Below are positions 13,912 to 25,900 of a DNA stretch of 37,281 bases, in pieces; the stretch's first letter is position 1, and every line of letters starts with the position of its first letter. Below the pieces are notes generated by a model. It had not been told where the DNA came from and searched no databases. It was given only the letters and a program-made list of their open reading frames with translations. The position numbers and the translations under genes were made by a program. Origin of the DNA: Bigelowiella natans CCMP2755 (lineage: Eukaryota > Protista > Cercozoa); contig ADNK01001562.1 of assembly GCA_000320545.1 (NCBI GenBank), forward strand, positions 1-37,281, read 5' to 3'.

Positions 13912-14502
13912 TTATATACATAAATATCAATATTAAATGCCAACATATCCTGGCGATGATGATAAGGCTGATGATAGGAAAGAACCCTATTTTCACTCTT
14001 GGTTGACCACCTTTCTAGATCTGCAACCATACTGGCAAACAGCATATCGCTGGGCGAGAGCTGTGCATCGATAGCCGCGAGCACAACAACAAGACGCAAC
14101 ACACAGCAGGATAAACGGGGGAATAGAGGGACCAGGAATGGGGCGGGGGGAAGGGGTGTTGGAAGCAATCAAAATAAGAGGATATCAGTAATGGCTATCA
14201 TCACAAATACTAATTTTATTCTGTTTGACATTGAGTGGTTGCGACTGTTATTACCCCCGTCCATTTGAGGAATGCCCTCTCGTTTGAATGGCAGCATGTC
14301 GCCCCAACGCTATCTTCCACCTGTTATGCAAAGCACAAGCGGCATTAGCATTAGCATTAGCATTAGCACTAGCACTAGCTTTAGCACTAGCACTAGCATT
14401 AGCAGCGGCACTGGTAATAGTGGCATTAGCATTTGCCGGACTTTCATCGACTCACACGCAACAACACTTCTGACCGCCAAAGCATGCACATAAACACAAA
14501 TA

Positions 14503-14538
<36 letters not shown>

Positions 14539-16319
14539 AGATATTTGCATCATAATACTTATCTCTAGTATCACGACTTCATCATTTGAAGTCCCCGCCA
14601 CCCATCTCTCTCTCACCTTTGGAGGGTTACAGCAGCAGCCACCAAGCGATAGGGCACTGCAAGGTTCCAAGTATAGCACTCTGTCCCCGTCGGTTAAAAA
14701 ACGTCAATCATCAGATATAAGGAGATTGCATATGAGCAAAGTTCGGTGCGGAATAAGGCACTACACCGCTCATATCTCGCAAAGACACAAGCAGCTGCCT
14801 GCCATAGTATGCAATTGTATGGATTTACTAACATTGGCCATCCACACGCTGCGACAGCGTATTTACTGTAATACCTAAGGAAAGAGTCAAGGAGAATGAA
14901 AAGGTTATTACCAACACGCACACACACACACACACACATATACACACATATATACACACACATATATACACATAGAAAGAAAAGATAATAGAACGCCGCG
15001 CACAGTCATCTGTTCTCTCTCATGCACGTCATCGTGTGGGTGGAATGGTGTGTTCTTTGGCTCATGTTGGAGAGGGCTGTACTGAATATTGCGAATATGA
15101 TTGTAGTCTTGCTCGATGAGTTGTGGCTGGTTTCAACGGAGGAGGAGGGGGGGGGGGGGGGGGGGGGGGAGGAGATTGAGTGAGAAAAAATAACAATGTT
15201 TCACGGGCAGTATTTGGTAGGAAGGCAGCTCCTCACGGACGCTTAAAAGGAATGAACATTGAATTTTAAAAAAATGGTAATCGATCAGTGAGAATAACCT
15301 GGAATCCGTTCAAAATTTGTGACACGATACGTCCTCCCCCCCCCCCCCCCGGAGACGCTTCCCTCCTAACTTCTAGCCGGACTTCCTCCTGCACTTCCTT
15401 TTCACCCACAGGTGGGGTGGCTTTCGAGCTACTGCTGCGGTGACGATGATGGCGGGGGGGGGATGAGGAGTCCTTGTAGTCTTTAGCCGCTTTCATGTAA
15501 ACGTCTCCGTTCTCTGCGCGACGCAGCTGTAGTCGGTTGACCAGGGCCAAACTGTAAGCCTACATAAGAACAATAGCAAGTGGTTATTGATGGCAGCAGC
15601 AAAGACAACGACAACGTCATGCGGCACACGGCCGAAAACAGCTGTTTCTTGGGGGATGCGCACCGCCTATATTCAGGATGCAGATGGTTGACGGTGTACA
15701 TCGATTTTGTTCTCGAGGCTGTTGTATCTATCACTGCTGTTCTCTGAGAAGACACGGCTAAGCTGGTGGGAGAATGCAATACCATCGTGCTTACAACGAC
15801 ATGGCCTACACATCTTCTCCTTCTCACCACGTCAGATATCGTGACTCCTCGTACCCCTCCAAACATTGTCCGCACCTTTTTCAGAGGAGGGGAAAAAAGT
15901 AAGATGGCAGCAATGAATGGGTAGATCTTGACGAAAACCAAGGGGTTCCATCTACCGCACGCACATTCGACATGGTATTGTGTGGTTTGTTGGGGGAGGG
16001 GGGGGGGGCAGATTTGTCCTGTTTCAAATATATATGAAAGAACCGATTCCCTATTGCATCGCTCTGACAGCTGCATTGTGCGTTTTTCCTCTTTTGAATG
16101 TTTTATGTAGCAGTGAGAAAGGACGATTTTGATGATGCTGCTAGACGTCTGATTACATGCTCCGCCATGTCGTTAAAGATGTTCGGATTTTGGCTGAAGC
16201 AAATGCATCGTTGGTAATATAAACAGGGGGAAGAGGAGGAGAAGGAGGAGGAGGGCAAAATCAGGTATAAAGAGTCGGATTTTCGGAATTTCGCATACAT
16301 GCTTGATGTGCGTGCGTGC

Positions 16320-16390
<71 letters not shown>

Positions 16391-16813
16391 TGTGTAAGCT
16401 AATGATAATTTAGCACAAAAGGTGGAATACGACCTGAACTCATACTCCGAGGAAGGCTGCCAGCAGAACGGGCATAATATCCACCAGCACAACGAGTTCC
16501 TTTCCCCAATAAACAAAACAGCAATACAACCCATATGCGAAGATGATTGGTGTAACACACGAGCATATTCAGAAGAGGTGGGTGGGGAGGACTATATTCC
16601 ATTGCAAACAATTATGCTGCTAGCACTATCACTACTACTACTACTACTACTACTACTACAACTACTTCTAACACTACTACAACTACTACCAGCACGTGTA
16701 GGAGGAGGTTGAAGGGTTATACACTGTCCTTATAAACCTACTCATTGTGATGCGTTTGAAAGGTGAGCATACATGATGAAGGCGTGAATACTTTTCTACA
16801 AATATTCACATAT

Positions 16814-16856
<43 letters not shown>

Positions 16857-16908
16857 TTATAAATATCTACATCTATAGAATGCAGCTCGATCGGTTGACA
16901 TAAATATT

Positions 16909-16952
<44 letters not shown>

Positions 16953-17399
16953 TAGCAAAAATATAAATTTTATCTATATATTCTTGATATCAGGAAAAAG
17001 AAGATATTATTTGCCCCCCGATACATTCAACGGTCGTTTGCCACCACTATCTATCAAAACCAGAAACAAAAAGCTCATTGCATGCAAGGCACGCACAAAC
17101 CAAAGGTCTAGAACGGTAGAGACGAACCCAAACGCGACACATATGCTGGCGCATCTTGCAAAGCATAGAATTCATATCAATCACTGATGACCCTCATAGT
17201 CTACGATGATGAGCGGAACAATATATATAATGTACGAAATGTCTTCCAATTGGCTTCTATGGGTAGTGGCAATATATACGCATCCTTTGTTTTGAAAATC
17301 CAATCGTGTGAGAGACCACTCATCGATAACATCGGCTATGTACTCTGAGCGGCTGTTCTAGCTTGTTATATGTAAGCACATACATATACATATTTATAG

Positions 17400-17467
<68 letters not shown>

Positions 17468-17622
17468 GAGATAGGCATCATCTACCTACAAGTCCCCAAT
17501 TCGCTTTCGCCTCCCTAAGCAAGGATTTAATGCATGCAGCACACGTAAATACCCACACACACGATCTTACGCGCGTGCGCGGAGTATGGCACAAGTGTAT
17601 ATGGCTTGTGTGCGTGAGTGTA

Positions 17623-17663
<41 letters not shown>

Positions 17664-17767
17664 GATTTCAAAAATATAAAAAATATATTACGTTCAAGCA
17701 CTGTCCTTCTACTCCGAGAAAAACGCCATTGAGAAGAAGACTGCTCGTATGAAACAAATATATCTAT

Positions 17768-17805
<38 letters not shown>

Positions 17806-17988
17806 ATATGTGTGTGTGTGTGTGTGTGTGTGATGATATCGGACTGCAAAACTTCCACGGCGTCTCCATCTCCGCCCCCCCCCCTCTCCCCTCTCTCTTT
17901 TGGTAAATAACCTACCAGCCAAGTATTGACCAGCATATGTCCAGAACGAGGAAGAATAGCTGAGTACAAACACATACACACACATATA

Positions 17989-18020
<32 letters not shown>

Positions 18021-18177
18021 TCATTTATTTATATTTTGAATGTTATATATTGGCAAAGCGATGCAACATGGCTAATCCCGCTATTTTGCTATATCAGATA
18101 ACAATGAGATCTCTTGCACATGCGACCACCTCCTTGCCTGAGAGAGTGGATTCAACCAAATTCACCCCAAGCACATA

Positions 18178-18221
<44 letters not shown>

Positions 18222-18505
18222 ATATACCTTGGAATAAACGAGAAAGTGTACCATCAGTTCCCGCGCAAAGCACGATGAGATGGCCATAGCCATGAAGAAG
18301 AAGTACTGCAAAGGGAAAAAGAACCACCGTTGAAAACAATAGAGCACAGAAGGAATATCACAACCAACACAGCAACGCCTACACACAGCAAGATGATGCA
18401 CAAAGAATGACTTCATTTCGTTTTTGCTTTTGGCTATTGCTCTTTGTCTGGGTGATAGAGATTGCAGGTGTGTGTTGTGTGTGTGTGTTTGTGTATGCAT
18501 CTGTA

Positions 18506-18546
<41 letters not shown>

Positions 18547-19465
18547 CACCACGCACCGCAGACGTGTAAATCAGAAATGTGTAGCCCAGAAAAACATATA
18601 TCAGCTCCGAGCTGCCCCCATGGCTTGTTGAAGGATATAGCAAGCGGTGGGGAGAGGGAGGGGGGGGAGGGCCGAACTCGCCTCCCGACACGCCACCATA
18701 ACTACCAGTCGTCCACCATATTACCCCAGCCCAAATAACGAACGGGGCTAAATAGAGGGGAGGGAGTGGGAGGGGGGCAGGTGGCAAAGCGCTGTGGTCA
18801 TAGCATCGAGATGTTCATAGTGTATCATCGTGTGTGCATAATCCAAAGGCAGGTAGCCCTCTTAAAAGGTTGTTTGCTTATTACTCGTAACAATCCGTCA
18901 AGGTAACTAATATGGGGGGTTTCTAAAAAGTACAAGCTTGACCAACTATTCTCTATCTTAAGCTATTAACTTGAGTTTGTTTTGTTCAAATGCCTCCCTG
19001 ACGGAGACCGACCGATTACCTCTGAGCATCCCCAAGCATAGGGAGGGGAGGAGAAACTCGAACGGGGACACGTACCACCACCGTCCGCAGCAAAACATCC
19101 CGCTACAGCAGAAACATCACAGAGAGCAGCACGCGGGTCAGCCTTACATCTCCAAAGGAGGTCGAATCGGAGATATGTAGCTGAAAGGACGAAGCAATAA
19201 GCACCTGCACCGAACATCGACGTGGCCATCGTCCAAATCGTCCTTTGTCGCCGTTACAGTATGTTCGATTAGGAGGGGTGTTAGCAGAGAGGTGATCAGT
19301 TCGGGGATGGGGGGGGGGGGGGGGGGGCGGCGGGCGCAAAAACAGGAAAGGAAACTATATTTCTTCGAGGCGAACCATAGTGGTGTTGTGATCTGAGTGG
19401 CTTCTGTCTGGATAGTCTTTCTTCTCCTCGCCACACCGTGTTTCCTCAGACAAAAGCCTCTCCGT
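8816..19465 (-). CDS. DAGL: sn1-diacylglycerol lipase-like protein (N-terminal TM helices + Lipase_3 domain); roughly 30 small exons, 5' end uncertain (about 19.5-19.65 kb)
   Basis: Exons occur in DAGL order: hydrophobic exons at about 18550-18620, 18230-18305 and 17915-17960; [15 protein letters not shown] (about 15830-15875); [15 protein letters not shown] (about 14830-14875); [23 protein letters not shown] (about 13730-13803); GVVFT|GHSLG (Ser codon 12424-12426); [10 protein letters not shown] (about 11517-11545); VIPGRVFH (about 9905-9930); [17 protein letters not shown] (His 9058-9060); last exon [13 protein letters not shown] ending at 8816. The Ser-Asp-His triad is complete. Confidence 0.9.
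14341..14405. repeat. Intronic hexamer tandem repeat (GCAYTA)n
   Basis: gcattagcattagcattagcattagcactagcactagc..., about 10 degenerate units within a DAGL intron. Confidence 0.85.
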
Positions 19466-19699
19466 CTACGTGGAGTGGTACGATTGGTGGTATGGGCATT
19501 ACGACGATGACGATGCGATGGTGGTGGTGATGATGGTGGTAGACCGAAGCACAGCCTAACCACAACTAATCATTTTCATCCCCCCCTCCCTGTCTCCTCT
19601 CCTTAGTCTATCTCATCCACGATCTCTCTTCCCCCTTCTCTCGAAAAGAGCATCATGGGTGGGGTACGACCAGCATGCGCTTGCCGAATGCCAGTTAGA

Positions 19700-20081
19700 T
19701 GCGCTTTTACGATGTTTCCGGTGTAAAATCCTGCCTGAACAGTTTATTAGAGGATTTAGAATTTGTTGCTTGTCGCAGACAACAGGTCACCTCGCATTCC
19801 TAGCCGGTTTCGAAGAGGCAACTGCAGGCAACGTGGTGTTGGCACGTCTAGACGTCTGATGACCCTTTCGATTCAAGCATTCATCACGAGGGGTAGCACA
19901 GAAAAAGTGTCCAGCTTTAGCAGTCGCTAGTATCTTCTTTTCCCCTCTGAGTTGGCATGAGCTTGGTTGCATGGGGGAGCCGGATGAGTGCAGAGAAGTT
20001 GTGCTGTCCAACTTCAGTGCTGGTGACCGCTGACCGGGCAAGCACCTCAACAAGCTGCGCTGCACACAAGAGACAGAGAGG

Positions 20082-20152
<71 letters not shown>

Positions 20153-21400
20153 GAGTTGCACAACGAGCACGATGCATGCCAGCATGCGCATGGCCAGTGA
20201 GCACCAGAGCACGCAAGTGAAACTCGGTTTGTGCTGCCATGACATTGTTGCCGTTTTTGTGTCTGATCATGTCCCTGCTCCTCTGTTGTCACATGCTTTG
20301 CTCTCACAATTGTCGATGATTTTTTGAGACAGATGCAAATTGCGGAGATCTGGTGCACCCTGCAACTGCAACTGCTAGCTAGCTAGACTGCCCAGACTGG
20401 ACCAGTCTAGCAGTCACCCCACAGCGGTACACTTTGTTGTTGCGCTCTTGATTTGTGCTCAGATGTGCAACTTGCATGCGAATTTCTCACTGCTCTGGTG
20501 CTGGCAAAGCGCTGTGATGGTTTCACACTGCTTGGTCAGAGCTCTCTGTTTGGACACAACTAGACAACCTGGCAATGCTGGAATGGGCGTGCCAGAGTGC
20601 AACGTGCACTCTGAACGACACTGTTCGTACTTAGCTCGTCAACAACCCACACATGAAGGATGATTGTTCAACTCGGTCATGGTCTCATGCCAGCATGCAA
20701 GCCGGCACAGCCACCTAGCTGTCTTCGCTCTGGACAGACTTGCTCTCTCCACACCAATGAAAGAAGATCCGGTGTCCCTGCTGTCCTCCAGTCCTCACAT
20801 GTTGGTTTTTAGCAGGACCACAGAGGAGCATCGACAGATTTCACTCTCTAGCTTTGCAGAGCTCTCGTCATTCATTGTGTCACCGTTGAGCCTTTTGATG
20901 ATGAACCAGCTAGCCAGACGTTTTCACGCTACTTTCTCATCTTTCGGACAAAAACGGGAAGGCACGATGACGCAGCGATCGAATCATCATCTTGTCATGA
21001 TCTAGTTGTCCCAGCTAGCGTGGGTAGCCTCCACCAGAGCATGGATGCGCTGAACTCATTCATTGCTTGCTATAGCTTGCTAGCTAGCTTGCTAGCTAGC
21101 TAGCTAGCTAGCTGCAGCTAGTGGCGGCAACAACACCATTGGACTAGAAAAACATCCCTAGATCATGCAGTGTACGTGGGCAGAATGATGGTTGCGACCT
21201 CACCCCCATTATTTAGCCCAAAGTTGGTAATGTCGGCGCGACATTTCAGGTGATGCTGCAAATAGCATAGCATCGCACCGTTTAGGCGAAGACTAGGAGA
21301 GTGGTGCTTGCGCTGTGCGCAGCATGCGTTAGTGCGTGTGCATTGTATATGCAGCTTAATCAAGTCGCGCGCAACGTGCACTCTAAAACAAGTGTTATTC
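19700..21400. other. TpA-depleted, CTAG-sparing intergenic island 2 (decayed repeat or pseudogene sequence)
   Basis: Hand count for 19981-21060: 17 TA in 1080 nt, of which 10 are CTAG. (GCTA)n run at about 21075-21121 and (GA)n at about 20087-20155. Confidence 0.8.
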
Positions 21401-21511
21401 ATATATTTGTGTGGCTATGGGGGGGGATTCGAAATAATACTAAACGTGGCTGTCGTAGCAGCGTCGAGTTATCGATAAAATCTGGCACTTCTTCATCTTC
21501 CATGCTAGGAT

Positions 21512-22298
21512 TTAACTAAGAAATATCGCGACATCCAGATAGTCACCAGTTTCAAAGTGCAGTTCTCCGAGCGTTTTGTGGCCGTCGCTAGATCTGCGGG
21601 TAGAGAACGTCTCCCCGACCACTCGTACGACTCGTTTGCCGGTTCGATCTGGATAGACGAACGCGAAAGAAAGCCTCGCAGTTCTTCTTCGTGCAGCTTT
21701 CCGTACACCCTTGATCAAAGAGGTAAGCTCCCCCAGTGTAGCATCCTTCCATGTGTAGATCTGGAACTCGTCGTCTGTTGGCTCTTTTTCCGAGTCCTTG
21801 AAGTCCTCCGCTTTGTGGTGACCCCCTTGCTTGCAGAATACCCGCAGTAGTAACGGGCAGATCTTTTGTCTGTCAACCGAAGGACGGTCACGATCACGAC
21901 GCATTCGGTTGAAGGCCCCCATTCTCTTTGGGCTTCTGTCTCGGATACGTTCTCGGTCTCGGTCGCGATTCATTCTTCCTCCTTGCATCCTTCGCTCTCT
22001 CTCTGGATGACGTCTTATCTCTGTATCACGGCCGCGGTCTGTTCCGTTAGAAGAAGAATAAATGGGTGAATACGTTGGATATCAATATATGCGTCGGAAT
22101 GCTTCAAAGAAGAAGACTTCAAAGTAAAATCTTTCGTTTTGAAGTAAATGTTTCACCTCTATCGCGGCGATCTCTATCACGATTCCGATCGTTATCACGA
22201 TCGCGCGGACGATTCCTATCTCCTCGTCCGCCATCTTTATCCCCCCTTTCGTCCCTGTCCCTCACCTTCCTATCCTTCCCGTCGTCTCCCCTGTCCAT
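21512..22298 (-). CDS. SAP18: Sin3-associated polypeptide 18 (HDAC/ASAP complex subunit) with N-terminal RD-rich extension; 2 exons, about 222 aa
   Basis: Exon 22298-22157, GT-AG intron 22156-22039, exon 22038-21512. Motifs VDRQKICPLLLRVF, QIYTWKDATLGELTSLIK, RLSFAFVYPD and KTLGELHFETGDYLDVAI are diagnostic of SAP18. Confidence 0.95.
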
Positions 22299-22948
22299 CG
22301 CAGGCTAGTTCGACCTTCCGGGTTGCGCAACTACGAGGAGAAATTCAGTATTTCTTCGTGTATATGAATGCCCATAAATAATACTATTTAAACAAAATAT
22401 GCTGCTAAAGGCACTCTAAATATCTTAAGTGTCCTCAATTTACAATAGAATCAGAGTCTGTCGTCGTAGTTTCTTTCTGAAATGAGATGGCTAGTATATG
22501 GAGACTCCGGGAGTCTCTAGAGTTGAGGCACGAAGATCCAGAAATTTACTGCAGTTTTTACTTTAAGATTCGCTAATTTAAAGTAAATATCTGGAATTTA
22601 TAAGTTGTCGTTTATCATAAATATCATTTATCTTATATCGCATATGAAATTATAGTCATGTTAGTACATCTTATTCATTCTGATTTTCTTTCCACGTCTC
22701 TCCCCCGAGCTGCAACCTGCATTCATCAGAAGGAAGGCAGATTCATCTGGATGAGGACAATGGCGGTTTTTAACTGATTGTGGAGGATGAATAAAGTGGG
22801 TTTCGTCTTTATGCTCAGTCTATTTAAAAGAATAAAGAGAAGAAAATATCTATAACCAAAAAGGTCTACAAGCACTCTGAATTTGTCCTCTTTCATTCGT
22901 CAGGACACGGAAGCTTGGATACACTCTAAGTTCAAATTCGCCCGAATA

Positions 22949-25900
22949 ATGCAATGGTTTATTGTCATTTTTCCTCTCCTCCCCACTCTCGCTGGAAGAT
23001 GCGTAACTCGTGACGAGGTACACGAAAACGAGTTTTGCTTCGTTCCTGCCCTTCGGGGTTTCTAATACTGTGGTTCTGTGTATGCCATCTTCATCTTCTG
23101 TTTTTACTATACTCATAAGTTTCTTATACTTTAGGGCTTTGTGGTTGGGGGTCCTGGCAAAGATGGCATCCCTTCTATCAATAGCCCAGAATTCAATCAT
23201 ATCAGCATCGCTGATCTGAGCGACTCCTCGGTGGTTTTGGGAGTTTACGTAAGATTCTATACACTGTTGATATACAAAAGAAGACATAACGTGCACATGC
23301 TCTGTGCAGCGAAGCATACGCGCACAATCCAACCTTTGAAAGCTGGAGGGAGAAAACTGAAGAAAATGTTTCACCATCGCAGTTGAACGGGATCGCTCGG
23401 GCCTACCCAACTTACATTCTTCGGTGGCATGAGATTGTCAACGACAGGGTAACGGATACATCTATGAAACTTCCTTCATAGTGCGGGAATTTGCGTAGAT
23501 ACCTGCGAGTTTATGCGCCTTTCTGCGCGCTCGTGTGTATCCCCACATGCCGTCTTTCATTCAGTTTTCGGAATAAACGAATTATCTTTCAAACGGCCTG
23601 ACCTGTCAATCATCTCTTTGCGCGTAGTTTGGGAACATATCCGTGGCCATAACCTACAGCGTGCTGGCAGGATCAAGGTGCGTAGTAACGAAAACACGAA
23701 AGCCACGCATTTCGAACCATGAAGAATAAGTTGCTTCTTTTGCTGCTACCAATGTTTATATATGTAGCGCTGGATTTTACGTTACAACGGAGCATGAAAG
23801 TTTTGGGACTAGTGGACAGCTCTATGAAGTACATCCCTCGGAATTTTGCGATATCCTCTCTCCCCCCCCCGTCCCCCCTCCCCCTCTTATCCTAATTATT
23901 TTTGTTTTTTTCTCCTAATTTTCTGTTCGTAGTCTTAAATTTCAAATTACACCTTCGATTTCGTGTAATCAATGTCGGCACATTCCGAAGTTTTCCTTCT
24001 CCTCCCATCCCCCGCCCCGTCGCTGGCCAAACCCTTTCACTATCAGAATAACCTGGTGATGTACGACCGGGGGTCAGACAACGATTGGGTGCAGATACCA
24101 GGACTGAGCACGTCATGTGAGCGTCTAAGGCGACTACCGCTTATGCACACGAAATGGGGAACATGGGTGTGTGAGGCTAACTCTTTATCACATCCACCTT
24201 TTCGTGTTCGTTGCTCTGGCTGTCCTCCCCCTGCCCCCCCCCCCCCCCCGTTAATGAGTACAGCGCTGTGGCGGTTGTTGCTGGCTGGCTTCATCATCAT
24301 TACTTGTGGTCCTCCTTCCTTCTTTACGCAGAAAGAGCTTCACCCAACGACAGAGTTGCTGTCGACGAGAACGGGCTACGATCGTGACTATTCCACCGAT
24401 CCTTATCCGCAGGTATTAGCGATGATGATAATGAGAACAAAGAGGATGATGATGATGATGATGGTGGCGGTGATGACGGTGATGAGGAGGAGGATCATCA
24501 CGATAATGACGGCAGACGACGAGGATAGGAGCAGCAAATGTTACCATCATGTGTGCCAGTGAGTGCGGATATGAAAAGAGGGGTGGTTGATTTTAGTAAT
24601 TTGATGTTGCAGTACGCGAGAAACGGGGAAATTTATTTCATCACTTCGTTTCGAAAAGGAGCGAATCCGTATGACCTGGTACGACTATTACAACAAAAAT
24701 AACAACTACTACTGCTGCTGCTACTGCCGCTCCTGCAGCCGCAACCACATGATCTTTAACAACAAATTGTAGAAGCCATAGCCACCATCAAATATAGCAG
24801 CACAAACAAGCTAGAATTCGTAGTCATAGCTACTAATATTGTTGCTCAAAATTCGATGAATATCGTGAAATATATATTCGTAATCCATCCCTTCCTCCCC
24901 ACTCTCCCAACACCTCCTGTTTATTACCGCAGCATCCAAAAAAGTCAATCAGCTTTCTTCTCACCACCGGCACAACAGAACAGTAAGTTATGATGATCAT
25001 GATGATGATGGCGCAGGGACATAATTGTTTCCTGCAGACGTAGTTTGACTGACTCTCCCCCCCCCCCCCTCCCTCTCCGGAAGGTATATATTCCATTCGG
25101 CAGTGATCTCGGAGACGGGGTCCTTTGCGTTCAAGTTGTACAATAGCACGAGTGCGAGCTCGACGCATGCGCAGTTGCAGCAATACGGGGCGGGGGGGGA
25201 GGACGAGTGGAAATACTACTCTGCACAAGATGCTCTCGAGTCGTTCGGAATCACACCGGTCTGTCTTTCCATCGATTGTAGCCATCCCCCACCCCCCCAC
25301 CCCCCCACCCCCTGCAAGAAATTACCTGCCTCGCAAAAGTATTTGTCATTTATATGAGAAGAGGAGGATATGACATCGACTGTGCACAGAAACCGACGAT
25401 GAATTCGCAAACACGTACACACAGTCGCGTTTTTTAGCACATGTATTAACCTCCTGGCTACTACTATGCTGCCTCTTCTACTGCCTTCCTGGTGTGCCAT
25501 TATAACCCATTTGCAAACTGGCGACGACGATGCCAACACCGTAATCATCAGGTCGGCACGATGGAAATGAAGGACTACACAGTCGTCGTAGCGTATTCTC
25601 CAGACCACGAATTGCAAGCTGCATGGCTAGGTATTAATTTCACCTCTTCCGATGTACAGCACAACACTTGGAACAGAAGGGGGTGATGACGACGGTGCTG
25701 GTGAGGGGGTGGAGGGAGAACCAAGCACCGCTCGCACTTATCCTCATCCTCAGATCGACACGAATACATTGTTTGTCCGAGTGAACAAATCGTCGCTTTT
25801 TCATCACTTAACACCGAGTATCTTATGTTTCATTTCCCCCTGAAACACGCGTTTTTTTTAAACTTTATCCCCGCCTTCGGGATCCGGACCTATCACCCCC

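Noticed and set aside
20865-20915. IVSPLSLLMMNQL resembling RecQ helicase motif Ia (Academ-type transposon?)
   Set aside because: No Walker A upstream or DEAH downstream; a single short match.
19700-21400. Explaining the TG/CA excess by CpG methylation or classical RIP
   Set aside because: CpG is common in the island, and TpA, the RIP product, is the depleted word.
22501-22520. Helitron 3' end (hairpin + CTAG)
   Set aside because: CTAG overlaps the stem instead of lying about 10 nt downstream, is not followed by T, and no 5' TC end was identifiable.
22850-23720. 186-aa minus-strand ORF that can be extended with plausible introns
   Set aside because: It lies antisense to DUF3179 exons 1-4, which carry unmistakable conserved motifs, and has no recognisable motif itself. 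Treated as a shadow ORF.
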